Source: Faecousia sp.
GTDB taxonomy: Bacteria > Bacillota > Clostridia > Oscillospirales > Oscillospiraceae
DNA: 64,000 nucleotides
Assembly (NCBI GenBank): GCA_051867135.1
Contig: JBJDYH010000223.1
Coordinates: 11,597 to 75,596, forward strand
Direction of reading: 5' to 3'
The position numbers and the translations under genes are program-made. The first letter of the stretch is position 1. The number at the start of each line of letters is the position of its first letter. The notes under the pieces were generated by a model. It was given only the letters and a program-made list of their open reading frames with translations. It did no database searches and had not been told where the DNA came from. Shown one piece after another: positions 41,901 through 52,129 of this stretch.

Positions 41901-42408
41901 GCGTATGCTGGGCAAAGCTGTCCAAAGTTGTCTGGTCATTCTCGGAAGATATGGTAATGGTGCTGCCCAGCACACGATTATCCACATGGAAGCCGTCTAC
42001 CAAACATTCTCCGGGATTTTCCGGCATACGGCCGCCTTGCAAACGCACTTTGTCCACCTTGTCCGGCAGGGCGTAAAACTTGTACACATTGTCAGCGTCT
42101 TGGCTCGCTTCCGGGCGCGCCAAAGCATCCAGAGAAATGACACCCTCGGCGTTTTTTACTCCGGACAGCTCTTTGACCTCGGCAAGCTGGGCATCCGTCC
42201 AGCCGTATGTATTCAGCAGCCGCAGGTCAAACATATTCTGCTGATCCATGTACTTCTGGCCCGTAGCGATCATATCGCTCTTGGTGGTACGCAGACCCAC
42301 AAACATTCCCGAGCCTAACGCAATAATTGCCACAATGGCAATATACCGGGTGAGGGACTTTCGGATGGAACGCAGAAGGTTTTTCCCCATTACAGTTTTC
42401 ATTACCAT
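38935..42408 (-). CDS. FtsX/MacB-type ABC transporter permease with long coiled coil
   Basis: Two FtsX domains (RMVEEERTEIGTLKALG; ERIREIATIKVLG). Confidence 0.9.
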   Translation of the reverse strand: MVMKTVMGKNLLRSIRKSLTRYIAIVAIIALGSGMFVGLRTTKSDMIATGQKYMDQQNMFDLRLLNTYGWTDAQLAEVKELSGVKNAEGVISLDALARPEASQDADNVYKFYALPDKVDKVRLQGGRMPENPGECLVDGFHVDNRVLGSTITISSENDQTTLDSFAQHTLTVVGYVSSPLYMDMSRGSTSLGSGSVSGFIYLPKDSFQVDYYTEIAITIDGPRKVYTEEYDDAVDTVADSLEPILLPLAQQRYEQVKEDIQTQYQEGTEEYDRGYREYLDAKETVLQELTEGEKELLEAQQELEDNRALLEEGQAQLAEAEALLQQKKQELANGEKELKAQEKAANEQFEAAEKELLVNYKTVSENLALVNDGLLQIDDGLSQLDSGISQLERGLSQIKISIDVLARLNAAGESAISAAREALDAAEDLGVQESVINELRTQLEKLEQEQRSRIQQQMELQQQYDEYSQQLEQLRQQRSELLAQRQELLDNKALLEDALKQINDGFAQLEEQKALAQEEFSKAKAQITDGKAQLAQGEKELAEKRTQLQEGMDALEEGEKALTEGWETYNSGKETALQELADAEAELADAKRQLDEAAETIASMGEPSLYLMDRNTNTGYLALDNNSDIVKGVSTVFPAFFLLIAALVCITTMTRMVEEERTEIGTLKALGYSNGEIISKYLRYSGSAAIIGCGLGVVLGSIIFPIVLWKAYGILLNITSQVELHIDWYLCGGVVLTYTAVNLLVTWYCCRRMLTNVPAELIRPKAPTSGKKIFLEYLPFWNRLSFLNKVTLRNVVRYKQRLLMMMVGIGGCTALLLTGFGLRDSIVNIVDYQFEEITLYDMDIRFSQGCSQQQIEGFYEDMGDYAQEIYFYHQSTGEISDGGTTRGITLICADDGLSGFMDFHYDGKPLPMPGKDEALVSVGIAEMMGLSVGDSITLNNSEMQQIHVTVSGIYENYVYNYVVISRDTYFNQLGEEAPLQVACLNVDEYQDAHIVSAKASQADGVIHVTVCQDLAEQVGTMLEALDLVVVTVVVCAAALAVIVLYNLTNINITERIREIATIKVLGFRAGETAAYVFKENLLLSAVGAGLGLLGGKLLLIFVISQIKVDVVWLQARIGTPSFIISIVLTMFCACLVDLILYFRLEKINMAEALKSVE

Positions 42409-43103
42409 TCAATCTCCGAAATATTTTGCGGATTTTCGTTTAAGGTTACGGAAGCCACCGTTCCGTTCTTTACTCGGATGACTCGGTCTGCCATGGCAGT
42501 CAGGGCGCTGTTGTGGGTAATGATAATTACCGTCATGCCGGTCTGCCGGCCGGTATCCTGCAAAAGCTTTAGGATGGCCTTGCCAGTTTGGTAATCCAAA
42601 GCGCCGGTAGGCTCGTCACACAAAAGCAGCTTTGGGTTTTTCGCCAGAGCACGGGCAATGGCTACCCGCTGCTGTTCGCCGCCGGATAGCTGGCTGGGGA
42701 AATTCTTCATTCTGTCTTCCAGACCTACTTTTTTCAAAACCTCAGCCGCATCCAGAGGATTTTTGCTGATTTGGTTTGCCAGCTCCACATTTTCCAGAGC
42801 AGTCAGATTGCCTACCAGATTGTAAAACTGGAACACAAAGCCTACTTCCTGACGGCGGTACTCCGTAAGCTGTTTCTTGTTCATGGCAGACACTTCACGG
42901 CCATCCAGCGTTACGGTTCCGGTAGTCAAGGTGTCCATGCCCCCGAGAATATTCAAAAGGGTGGTCTTACCGGCGCCGGAAGGGCCAACGATTACCACCA
43001 GCTCTCCCTTTTCTACGGAAAAAGTGGCATCGTGGAGGGCTTGAATTTTCACTTCACCCATTTCATAGGTCTTGCCCACATTTTCAAATTCAATAAACGA
43101 CAT
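42402..43103 (-). CDS. ABC transporter ATP-binding protein (LolD-like)
   Basis: [35 protein letters not shown]. Confidence 0.93.
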   Translation of the reverse strand: MSFIEFENVGKTYEMGEVKIQALHDATFSVEKGELVVIVGPSGAGKTTLLNILGGMDTLTTGTVTLDGREVSAMNKKQLTEYRRQEVGFVFQFYNLVGNLTALENVELANQISKNPLDAAEVLKKVGLEDRMKNFPSQLSGGEQQRVAIARALAKNPKLLLCDEPTGALDYQTGKAILKLLQDTGRQTGMTVIIITHNSALTAMADRVIRVKNGTVASVTLNENPQNISEIEW

Positions 43104-43253
43104 AAATACACACGCCTCCCGATTAATCGAGACCATTTTAGCATAGTACGCGCTGAAATGTAAAAACTTTTTGTAAACAGCAAAAATCCCCTCAGTAAAT
43201 GCCGAATTGACTTTCCGGCAATATACTAAGGGGATTATATGAATAGCAAAAAT

Positions 43254-43892
43254 TTACAGACCCAAATCTTCGCCCACAAGGATAAACTTGATGCGCCCGG
43301 TAGGACGGCCATGGCGGGTAATGACGATATGGTTGCAAATGCAGGCTTCACTCTTGCAATCGGCGCAGGTGCCGGTAACGGCGCAGGGGGTATCCCCCAG
43401 AAAACGCTGCTCATTCATGGGTGCGGCAACGGTGCGTGCCCGGCGGACAGCATCCTCCAGCGTATCGCAGACCTTATTCATACCGGCAATTACCACAACT
43501 TCCTTGGCGCCGTAAATCACGGCAGCAACCCGGTTGCCCAAGCCGTCGATGTTGACCATCTCGCCGGTAAGAGCCAGCGCATTGGCACCGGAAATAAATA
43601 CATCCGCCGTAATGGCCTTGCGGGTACAATCTTCAAACTCCGCCTTGGTAGGCGCAGTATCCCGGTCAATCGCTGCATAATTGCCCTTTCTAACCGCATC
43701 CAACAAGCCGATTTGGGCAGCGGACATAGCACCGCCCCAACCTACGGTTGCTCCTTGGGGAATGCGGGCCAAGGCTTGCTCCAGCGCTTCTTCCCGGGTG
43801 GCGCAGTAAACGGCATCAAAATGCCGGGATTTGAGATTTTTTACCAAAATCTCCCCTCGTTTTGCGTAATACAGCTCCTTGGGTTTTGCCAT
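43254..43892 (-). CDS. LUD-domain (lactate utilization/YkgG-like) protein
   Basis: SGANAL..GEMVNIDGLGNRVA, AGMNKV, C-terminal Cys cluster. Confidence 0.85.
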   Translation of the reverse strand: MAKPKELYYAKRGEILVKNLKSRHFDAVYCATREEALEQALARIPQGATVGWGGAMSAAQIGLLDAVRKGNYAAIDRDTAPTKAEFEDCTRKAITADVFISGANALALTGEMVNIDGLGNRVAAVIYGAKEVVVIAGMNKVCDTLEDAVRRARTVAAPMNEQRFLGDTPCAVTGTCADCKSEACICNHIVITRHGRPTGRIKFILVGEDLGL

Positions 43893-43916
43893 GACGAATC
43901 TCTCCTTATTAAAAAA

Positions 43917-45107
43917 TCAGCGGAAGCGGCGCTTGGGGACGGGGGCGGGTTTTACCTCTTCTTCCGCCAAGCTGCCGTCCTCTCCCAGCACCATAGCAGG
44001 GATGGTATAGCCGGAGAACTTCGCAATTTCGTCCAGCTTGGCCTTCTCCGGGAAATTGCCGATAATAGACCACGCCACGCCCTTTTTCCGCGCTCTGCCG
44101 GTACGCCCGATCCGGTGGACATAGTATTCATTTTCTTCGGGAATATCATAATTGATAACGCACTCCACATCGTCCACATCGATACCCCGGGAAGCGACAT
44201 CCGTAGCCACCAGCACGGCAAGCTTGCCGTCCCGATAGCGCTGCATGGTCTTTTCCCGCTGGGACTGGCGAATATCGCCATGGATGCAGTCGCAATCCAC
44301 CCCGGCACGCACCAGTTCATCGCTAAGACGCTGGCACATGTGCTTGGTATTGCAGAAGATAATCACCCGCTCGTAGCCTTGGGTACGAATCAGGCGCAGG
44401 GTAGTCTCTGCCTTTTGGAGCGGCGTAACAGTCAGGCTATACTGGGAAATATCAGGGCGATCTTCCTTTTTGGGCTCTACGGTAATCTCCACCTCGTCTC
44501 GCTGGTACATCCAGGAAACCGTCATAACCTCCTGAGAGATGGTAGCGGAGAAAAGGCCCAGATTCTTGCGGTTTTTCACCTTTTCAATAATTCGGGTAAC
44601 ATCCTTGAAAAAGCCCATATCCAGCATTCTGTCCGCTTCGTCCAGCACAACGGTCTGGATTTTGTCCAAGCGGATGGTCTTGCGGTTGTAATGGTCCATC
44701 AAGCGGCCGGGGGTTGCCACAACGATTTGGGGCTTTCTTTCCAACTGCTTAATCTGCCCGCCGATACCGGCTCCGCCGTAAAGCACCGCCACACGGATGC
44801 CCTGATAATATGTAAGCAGGCCACGCAGCTCATCCCCGATTTGGATTGCCAGTTCCCGGGTGGGTGCCAAAATCAGGCCCTGCACACTTTCGTCCTTTGC
44901 ATCGATGTGCTCAATCATGGGAATGCCAAAGGCAAAGGTTTTGCCCGTGCCGGTAGGCGCTTTGGCAATTACATCCTTCCACTCCAGAAAGGCGGGAATG
45001 GCAAGCTGCTGAATGGTAGTAGGATAGCCGTAGCCCTTTTTCTCCAGAGCCTTCAGCATGGCTTCACTCAGCCCAAGGTCCTGAAAAGATAACACTTTTT
45101 CTTCCAT
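43917..45107 (-). CDS. DEAD-box RNA helicase
   Basis: Q motif, PTGTGKT, PTRELA, TPGR, DEAD, SAT, HRIGRTGR. Confidence 0.96.
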   Translation of the reverse strand: MEEKVLSFQDLGLSEAMLKALEKKGYGYPTTIQQLAIPAFLEWKDVIAKAPTGTGKTFAFGIPMIEHIDAKDESVQGLILAPTRELAIQIGDELRGLLTYYQGIRVAVLYGGAGIGGQIKQLERKPQIVVATPGRLMDHYNRKTIRLDKIQTVVLDEADRMLDMGFFKDVTRIIEKVKNRKNLGLFSATISQEVMTVSWMYQRDEVEITVEPKKEDRPDISQYSLTVTPLQKAETTLRLIRTQGYERVIIFCNTKHMCQRLSDELVRAGVDCDCIHGDIRQSQREKTMQRYRDGKLAVLVATDVASRGIDVDDVECVINYDIPEENEYYVHRIGRTGRARKKGVAWSIIGNFPEKAKLDEIAKFSGYTIPAMVLGEDGSLAEEEVKPAPVPKRRFR

Positions 45108-45311
45108 AAATAAATCCTTTTTCTCTTTATTTTAGAATAATAGATGGAATCATTATATCAATATTTTGCGAAATATGCAACCACCACGCCCTCTTTCACA
45201 GAAAATTCAAAACCCAAAAAACCAGTTATTGTGGACAAGCGGAAGAAAATGTGCTATATTATAGGCTAGAATAATATAGACATCTCCCAATATAGGAGGG
45301 TACTAAAAAAT

Positions 45312-45980
45312 ATGGGCAAGCTAATTGTGATTGAAGGAACCGACGGCTCCGGGAAATCTACCCAGTTTCGTCTGATTACTCAGCGGCTGGAAAAGGAGCA
45401 GGTGGACTTTCGTAAAATCGTCTTCCCCCGGTATGACCAGCCCAGCTCCGCGCTGATTAAAATGTATCTTGGCGGCGAATTTGGCAATAAGCCTTCCGAT
45501 GTAAACGGCTACGCCGCTTCCGCCTTTTATGCGGTAGACAGGTTTGCTTCCTACAAGCAGGATTGGGGCAAGTATTACGAAGACGGCGGTTTGATTCTTT
45601 CCGATCGCTATACTACCTCCAATGCCGTACACCAGTCCGTAAAGAAGCCGGAGAATGAGCGTGGTGAGTTTCTGCGCTGGCTGTATGAATTTGAATATGA
45701 CAAGCTGGGTCTCCCCCGCCCGGATTTGACCATCTATCTGGATGTGCCTACCGACTTTACCGAGAAGCTTCTGCGCCACCGGGAAGCCGACACCAATACG
45801 CAGGCGGATATTCACGAAAAGGATATTAAGTATCTTGCCGCCTGTCGTCAGGCGGGGAAGGCTGCCGCTTCCTTTTACAACTGGACAGTCATCCAATGCG
45901 TCCGGGATGGCGCAATGCGCTCCATTGAGGACATTCACGAAGAAATCTACCAAAAGGTAAAAGCCTGCTTGGAGGGTTAA
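45312..45980 (+). CDS. tmk: Thymidylate kinase
   Basis: IEGTDGSGKSTQ, FPRY, DRYTTS, PDLTIYLD. Confidence 0.88.
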   Translation: MGKLIVIEGTDGSGKSTQFRLITQRLEKEQVDFRKIVFPRYDQPSSALIKMYLGGEFGNKPSDVNGYAASAFYAVDRFASYKQDWGKYYEDGGLILSDRYTTSNAVHQSVKKPENERGEFLRWLYEFEYDKLGLPRPDLTIYLDVPTDFTEKLLRHREADTNTQADIHEKDIKYLAACRQAGKAAASFYNWTVIQCVRDGAMRSIEDIHEEIYQKVKACLEG

Positions 45981-45983
45981 GCT

Positions 45984-46526
45984 ATGGTATATGTATTGCT
46001 GGGAAATGGCTTTGAAGAAGTAGAGGCCATTACCGCTATTGACTATTTACGCCGGGCTAAAATCGGAGTTGCCACCGTTGGCATTGGCGGCAAGGAAATC
46101 GTCGGCGGCCACGGAATCCCCGTGAAAGCAGATATTGAGATTGGCGAAATGGATTTGACGGATTTGGACATGATCGTCCTCCCCGGCGGTCTGGGTGGAG
46201 TTTCCGCCATCAAGGGCTGTGACGAAGCCTTGCAGGCCATCCGTTTTGCATGGGAAAATGATAAGTTTGTGGCGGCTATCTGCGCTGCCCCCACCATTCT
46301 TGGAGAAATGGGTCTGCTGGCAGGCAAAAACGCTACCTGCTACCCCGGCTGTGAAGATAAGCTTGCCGGAGCCATATGCAAAGAGGAAGCTGCTGTAGCA
46401 GACGGCAAGCTGATTACCGGCGCTTCTGCCGGCTGCGCCGAAAAATTCGCCAACTGCCTGGTTGAAGCGCTGAAAGGCAAAGAAGCTGCTTCGGCGGTGC
46501 GCCGACAGATCGTCATTCGCCCCTGA
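45984..46526 (+). CDS. DJ-1/ThiJ/PfpI family protein
   Basis: GFEEVEA, LPGG, AAICAAP, ATCYPG. Confidence 0.92.
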   Translation: MVYVLLGNGFEEVEAITAIDYLRRAKIGVATVGIGGKEIVGGHGIPVKADIEIGEMDLTDLDMIVLPGGLGGVSAIKGCDEALQAIRFAWENDKFVAAICAAPTILGEMGLLAGKNATCYPGCEDKLAGAICKEEAAVADGKLITGASAGCAEKFANCLVEALKGKEAASAVRRQIVIRP

Positions 46527-46540
46527 GAGGAGGAATTTCT

Positions 46541-48124
46541 ATGGAACGAAACAACAATCCCCAATCCAACGAGCAGGATGACCTGCTGCAGGATTTTTTA
46601 GCAATTCAGGAGTCTGTTGAGGCTCTGAATGTGCCGGAAGCCCCCGCTGACAGTCCCATTTCTGCCGAAGATATGGAGCTGGAACGCATTATTGAAGAAA
46701 CAAAGGCAGAAAACTGGTCTGCCCCCCTGCAGGAAGCCCCGGAGGCAATTCCTGCAAATGCGGAGTTTTTTCCCGGTGAAGGAAACGGCGATGCGCAAAA
46801 CACCCAATTCTATGCCCCAGAGGAGTTTGACTACACCCGGGAGCTTCCTCATACGGATTTTGCGCCCATGACGCAGGCTTCTGCCCCCCAGCCTAAGGAG
46901 GAGCCCAAAGCTGAGGAGCTGCCCCAGAGCGAGTCACCGAAAAAGGCTCCCAAAAAACGCCGCCCCGAGAGGAAGAAGGGTTACGGCCTGTTCGGTCTGC
47001 CCCATATTATTTCTACCCTTGTATGGCTGGCCATCATTGTAGCCATTGGTGTTACTCTGGGCCGCTTGATTTGGGTTGGCGCGTCGGATATGCTGGCCTT
47101 TAACAAGCCCTATGTATCCGCAGTCATCACCATTACCGAAGACGAAAGTCTGGATGAAATTATTGAGGATTTGGAAGAAGCCGGTCTGATTCGCTACCCG
47201 GTTCTCTTTAAGGCCTTCGCCAATGTTAAGGGTGGCCGCGGCGAGTTCAGCAACGGCACCTTTACCTTCACCAATGACAGATTGTATGACTACAACGCCA
47301 TTATGAACAATGTGAACCCCAACTCCTCCGGACGGGAGGTTGTAAAGGGTGTTGTCATCCCCGAAGGCTATACCTGTGCCCAGATTTTTGCCTTGCTGGA
47401 AGAAAAGGGCGTATGTACTGTAACGGAATTGGAAGAATACTGCGCCAACGGCCAAATCAAAGACTACTGGTTCTTGGAAGGCGTAGAACGGGGAAATAAA
47501 TACTGTCTGGAAGGCTACCTCTTCCCCAACACCTACGAATTTTACAAGAATGACTCCGCGGCTCATGTTATCGGCAAAATGCTGTCCTCCTTTGATGATA
47601 ACTATACCGATATCATGATCGATAAGCTGGAGCCTCTGAATCAGCGCTTGGCTGCTACCCTTGCCAGCCGAGGGTACAGTCAGGAATATATCGACGAGCA
47701 CAAAATTACCGTCCGTGAGGTCGTAATCATTGCCTCCATGATTGAGCGTGAATCCACCGACGGCCCTGAGCGCTTCAAGATTTCCGGCGTTATCTACAAC
47801 CGTCTGACCAACCCCAAGGAATTCCCCAAGCTCCAGATTGATGCTACCATCCTCTATGCTCTGGGTGGCAATTTGGACGAAAACGGCAATGTAAAGCCTC
47901 TAACCAAGGACGATTTGGCTTTGGACAGCCCCTATAACACCTATCTGTACGACGGTCTGATTCCCGGCCCCATCTCCAACCCCGGCTCCGCCAGCCTCAA
48001 TGCCGCTCTGGATCCCAACGATGAAGGCTACTACTTCTATGTATATGATCCCTCTGCCGGTGAGCACATCTTCTCCAAAACTCTGGCCGAGCATGAAAAG
48101 GCTGTAGCCTCTGTGAGGGACTGA
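46541..48124 (+). CDS. mltG: Endolytic transglycosylase MltG
   Basis: IPEGY, LEGYLFPNTY, ASMIERE, LQIDAT, SPYNTY..GL.PGPISNPG. Confidence 0.93.
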   Translation: MERNNNPQSNEQDDLLQDFLAIQESVEALNVPEAPADSPISAEDMELERIIEETKAENWSAPLQEAPEAIPANAEFFPGEGNGDAQNTQFYAPEEFDYTRELPHTDFAPMTQASAPQPKEEPKAEELPQSESPKKAPKKRRPERKKGYGLFGLPHIISTLVWLAIIVAIGVTLGRLIWVGASDMLAFNKPYVSAVITITEDESLDEIIEDLEEAGLIRYPVLFKAFANVKGGRGEFSNGTFTFTNDRLYDYNAIMNNVNPNSSGREVVKGVVIPEGYTCAQIFALLEEKGVCTVTELEEYCANGQIKDYWFLEGVERGNKYCLEGYLFPNTYEFYKNDSAAHVIGKMLSSFDDNYTDIMIDKLEPLNQRLAATLASRGYSQEYIDEHKITVREVVIIASMIERESTDGPERFKISGVIYNRLTNPKEFPKLQIDATILYALGGNLDENGNVKPLTKDDLALDSPYNTYLYDGLIPGPISNPGSASLNAALDPNDEGYYFYVYDPSAGEHIFSKTLAEHEKAVASVRD

Positions 48125-49344
48125 TGATGGCAAAGCTGGAACTTCTCAGCCCCGCCGGAGATATGGAACGGCTGCGGATGGCTGTGCTATATGGTGCAGA
48201 CAGCGTGTATCTTGCAGGCACCGCGTTCGGTATGCGGGCCTTTGCCGGGAACTTCTCGGCGCAAGAGCTTCCCAAGGCTGTGGAATTTGCCCACAGCCAC
48301 GGCGTAAAAGTCCATGTTACCGTAAACACCATGCCCCGAAACGACGAAGTAAAGAATCTTCCCGCTTATTTGGAGCAGCTTCAGGAGGCTGGAGTAGATG
48401 CCCTGATATTGGCGGATTTGGGCGCGTTTACCTTAGCGAAGAAATACGCGCCAAAGCTCTCCCGCCATATCTCCACCCAGCAATCTATCGCGAACTACGA
48501 ATGTGCTTGCGCGTGGCATGATTTGGGTGCAGACCGGGTTGTGCTGGCAAGGGAACTTAGTTTACCGGAGATTGCCGAAATCCGGGCAAAAACCCCAAAA
48601 AGTCTGGAAATTGAGACATTTGGCCACGGCGCTATGTGCGTAAGCTACTCAGGGCGGTGCCTGCTCAGCAATTATATGACCGGGCGGGACTCCAACCGGG
48701 GCGCTTGCGCCCAGCCCTGCCGCTATCAGTACGCTCTCATGGAAGAAAAACGCCCCGGGGAATATTTCCCGGTATATGAAGACGAAAAGGGCACCTATAT
48801 CTTAAACTCCAAGGATATGTGTACCATCGGGCATATCAAAGATTTGATGGATGTGGGAATCGACTGCATTAAAATTGAAGGCCGGGCAAAATCTGCCTAC
48901 TATGCCGCAATCGTTACCGGGGCCTATCGCCATGTCATTGACGATGTTCAGGCCGGAAAAGAGCCTGACCCAATATGGATGGATGAAGTAAACCATGTAT
49001 CCCATCGGGTGTATTCCACAGGCTTTTACTACGGCCAGCCCGGACAATACACAGAGCACTCCCGCTATATTCGGGATTGGCAGATATGCGCCATTATAGA
49101 AAGCTGCGATGAAAACGGCCTTGCTCTTTGCAGCCTTCGCAACAAGTTTACGCGAGGCGATGCTTTGGAGCTTGTGGGGCCGAACAGCAAGCCCATCTCG
49201 CTGACGGCTGAAGCCATGTACGACATAGACTTAAGCCCCTTGGAAGAGCCAAGAACCCCTCAGATGAAGTTTTACATGCAGCTTCCCAAGCAGGTGCCAG
49301 AGCTTAGCATTCTGCGCAGAAGTGTAGACCTTTCTCCCAAATAA
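48124..49344 (+). CDS. U32 family peptidase (TrhP-like tRNA hydroxylation)
   Basis: ELLSPAG, HGAMCVSYSGRC, NRGACAQPCR, KIEGR. Confidence 0.9.
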   Translation: MMAKLELLSPAGDMERLRMAVLYGADSVYLAGTAFGMRAFAGNFSAQELPKAVEFAHSHGVKVHVTVNTMPRNDEVKNLPAYLEQLQEAGVDALILADLGAFTLAKKYAPKLSRHISTQQSIANYECACAWHDLGADRVVLARELSLPEIAEIRAKTPKSLEIETFGHGAMCVSYSGRCLLSNYMTGRDSNRGACAQPCRYQYALMEEKRPGEYFPVYEDEKGTYILNSKDMCTIGHIKDLMDVGIDCIKIEGRAKSAYYAAIVTGAYRHVIDDVQAGKEPDPIWMDEVNHVSHRVYSTGFYYGQPGQYTEHSRYIRDWQICAIIESCDENGLALCSLRNKFTRGDALELVGPNSKPISLTAEAMYDIDLSPLEEPRTPQMKFYMQLPKQVPELSILRRSVDLSPK

Positions 49345-49375
49345 GCCTGAACCCCATCGGAATCCGATGGGGTTT

Positions 49376-49632
49376 CAGAGTGTCGAGAAAGTGTTTACTT
49401 TGCTTATCCGGGGTTTCCCGATGTAGGGCGGAGGCTCGCTCCCGCCGTTTTCTCCACCAAAAACCGTATGGATATAGTTTAGTATGCTTGCATATAAATC
49501 GATTTTTGGTGAAGGGTGTTATTCCTCCAGCAGTAGTAAGTGCTCCCATGTTTTTTACTGTATTGGGCGTATTGGATTTCGGCGGGAGCAGCTATACGCC
49601 CTACGATTAAAAACAGGTTCTTCGACAGACTG
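49376..49632. mobile_element. 257-bp MITE with REP doublet (diverged, inverted relative of 15632-15888)
   Basis: TIRs cagagtgtcga / tcgacagactg; REPs at 49423-49447 and 49580-49604; abuts terminator hairpin 49349-49375. Confidence 0.8.
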
Positions 49633-49780
49633 AAAGACGGCTAAACAAAATGAATCTCTATCATCCCGCGCTTCCAAAAACGCATCTTGACAATGGGTGC
49701 GTATTTGTAGTAATATACACATATAATCTTCCGACAGACGAGTAGGAAGTTATGAAAAATCTATACAAGAGGTGTCGATT

Positions 49781-50455
49781 ATGGAATTACAAACCGCTAC
49801 CATCATTGGCGCAGTCAGTGCGCTGGTCATCGCAATCGTTCTGTATCTTTTCCTCCTCCCCAAGAGCAAGGATGGCCGTCTCGGCAATCGTTTTGTTCAG
49901 GCTGCACACAATTTCTTCAACTGCAAGTATATGCTGATTGAAGTAATTGCAAAGTTCCTCTATGTTTTTGCTACCTTCTATTACTTTATCCGAGGTTTCT
50001 TCACCATGTTCTGCAAGGAAACAGTAATTGTTGACTACTTCGACATTAAAGAGCAGCACATGATTTGGGCCGGCATCAAGCTGATGATTCTGGGCCCCAT
50101 CATTGCCCGCTTTGTCTACGAGCTGGTCATGCTGCTTGTTACGCTGGTTAAGAAGAGCAATTCCATCGATGCTAAGCTGAAGGATCAGAATCCCGATGCC
50201 AAGAAAGAGGACATCTTCGATTTGAAGCGTGAGACCATTCTGCCCCCCGCTCCCATTCGTGCCACGGCCGTGATTGTTGGCTATGACCCCAACACCGGCG
50301 CTCCCATCTATGCCGCTGCTCCTGTAGCTCCTGTAGCTCCCGTAGCTCCCGCCGCTCCTGTAGCCCCCGCTGCACCCGCTGCCGGCGCTCCTGTGATTAT
50401 CGGCTACGATCCCAATACCGGCGCTCCCATCTACGGCAATCAGAACAACCAGTAA
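49781..50455 (+). CDS. Membrane protein with duplicated GYDPNTGAPIY motif and Ala/Pro linker
   Basis: Three TMs, SD GAGGTG, host-like codon usage, terminator at 50475-50505. Confidence 0.75.
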   Translation: MELQTATIIGAVSALVIAIVLYLFLLPKSKDGRLGNRFVQAAHNFFNCKYMLIEVIAKFLYVFATFYYFIRGFFTMFCKETVIVDYFDIKEQHMIWAGIKLMILGPIIARFVYELVMLLVTLVKKSNSIDAKLKDQNPDAKKEDIFDLKRETILPPAPIRATAVIVGYDPNTGAPIYAAAPVAPVAPVAPAAPVAPAAPAAGAPVIIGYDPNTGAPIYGNQNNQ

Positions 50456-50486
50456 TTTCCTACATAGAAACGCTCCCCCGGCTTGT

Positions 50487-52046
50487 TTAACACAAGCCGG
50501 GGGTTTCGTGTTGATTACGATTTCCATTGATCCAATCCACCACAGGCTGCGCTTTGGACATTACATCCTCCCATGTGAGCTCTTTTCCGGTAGCTACATA
50601 CTCATAGAAATCATTAAGAATCCCGGAGAGTTCCTTGACATCACCTTTGGCATCGGCATTTTTTATCAGCTCCCTGGCAGCAGCTTCTACGCTGCTCTTG
50701 GTAAACTTAGTGCCTCCGGTAACTTGACTTTGCAGCTTCAAAAGCTGCTTGAGGTACTGGTTGTCCTCCTGAAGTTTGGCATTGCTCTTTTCCAGAGCCT
50801 TGTTGGCTTTCTCAAGAAGCTTTTCCTGCTCAGACATCTGCTTGCTGACAAACTCCCGGCTAAAGCGAATGTCATGGTTCGTAGTTGGGTTGGTATTGTC
50901 CACATTTTTCGCTTTTGTATGGCTATTTACCAATGCTACCCACGCAGTTTTTACAATATCATAATTGCGGAACATGGTTCGTAAGCCATTTTCGTATGCG
51001 CCAGAATGAATTTGGCCAGCAATACGAGCAAGAATCTCCTCTGCGTACAGCACAGATGCGTCACTATTACTGTGTTTAGAAACCTGATATGCAGATGCCA
51101 CGGATAATGCAGTTAAAATATATCGTTCAGAATAGTCAATTAGTTGGTCACGAAGAATGGAAACAAATTCCTCTCGCCCAGCTGCTTCACCCCAAATATG
51201 GAACGCCTCATGGCCCGCAACCTCCATAGCATTACCCGCAAATCTTGCCTGAATACCAACGATACATTCATTCCCGTCAATTAATGATATGGAATTATCC
51301 TTAATGCGATAGGTGTAACCATCGTCGTTATATTCCATTTTTTGAAAGGCAAAGGAATCTATCCCTAGTTTCTGGAGTTCTCTTTGGGTTCCTTCAGCAT
51401 AGGCAGTGATATTATACGAGTTTGCTTCTTCGTAAGCATACGCAATCTGCCCGATTTTTCCGCTTGTTTGTGCGCTTCCATGCACTCTCGTAAGAAAACT
51501 TTGTCTATCTTCAGATTTTCCTTTTTGTCCATTTCGAAAAACCTCCTGCTTTTTCTCCTTACTTGCTTTTATATTCATTTCAGGCGGTGCTCTGCCTTGA
51601 TTCTGCGCCTTTTCCTCCTGGGCAATGCGCCGGATTTCCTGCATAAACCCTTCCATATCCGCCCGGTCTTCCGGCGCAAAGGCGTTCATGTCTGCCTGGC
51701 TGTCGCATACGATTTCCGTAAACACTTCCATCGCCAGCGCATCGGTGCCGGTTTCAGCGTCATATCCCATGTCGAACGCTTCGGAATACATGGTGATAAT
51801 ATTCTTTACCGCTTCCTCTGTGCCGCAAAGCTCAACCAGCCGGTCATATACCTTGCGAACATCCACCTTATCGTTCAGGTTTTCGCTTTCATGGCCAAAT
51901 TCCCGGTGCGCCATCTCGTGACGCAGTAACTGCTGCGCCGTGAACTCAGGGTGGTCCGCACGGATAAAAACTTTATCGCCGCAAATTGCCGCCCTCACTT
52001 CACCAACGCCTTTAATTCTCAGGTTTCCGCCGGTAAAGCATACCAC
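50487..52046 (-). pseudogene. Fragment of phage polyvalent protein with two HExxH metallopeptidase-like modules
   Basis: HEMAH (51906-51920), HEAFH (51198-51212), NVDNTNPTTNHDIRFSRE linker; no clear start; runs into host terminator. Confidence 0.7.
51365..51532 (-). CDS. Nested 55-aa ORF (+1 frame), MDKKENLKIDKVFLRECMEAHKQAEKSGRLRMLTKKQTRIISLPMLKEPKENSRN
   Basis: AGGAGG SD 9 nt upstream of ATG; hand-translated, absent from the ORF track. Confidence 0.55.
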   Translation of the reverse strand: MDKKENLKIDKVFLRECMEAHKQAEKSGRLRMLTKKQTRIISLPMLKEPKENSRN

Positions 52047-52100
52047 TTCCAGCCCATTTCTTGTACCTTCTGCTATGGCCTGATTATCGTTGATGTTTTA

Positions 52101-52129
52101 ATTATACTGCCCAGCGTTTTCCAAAGCAA
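52101..52129 (-). promoter_or_regulatory. Sigma-A promoter driving the polyvalent fragment
   Basis: TTGCTT-17 nt-TATAAT. Confidence 0.6.
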
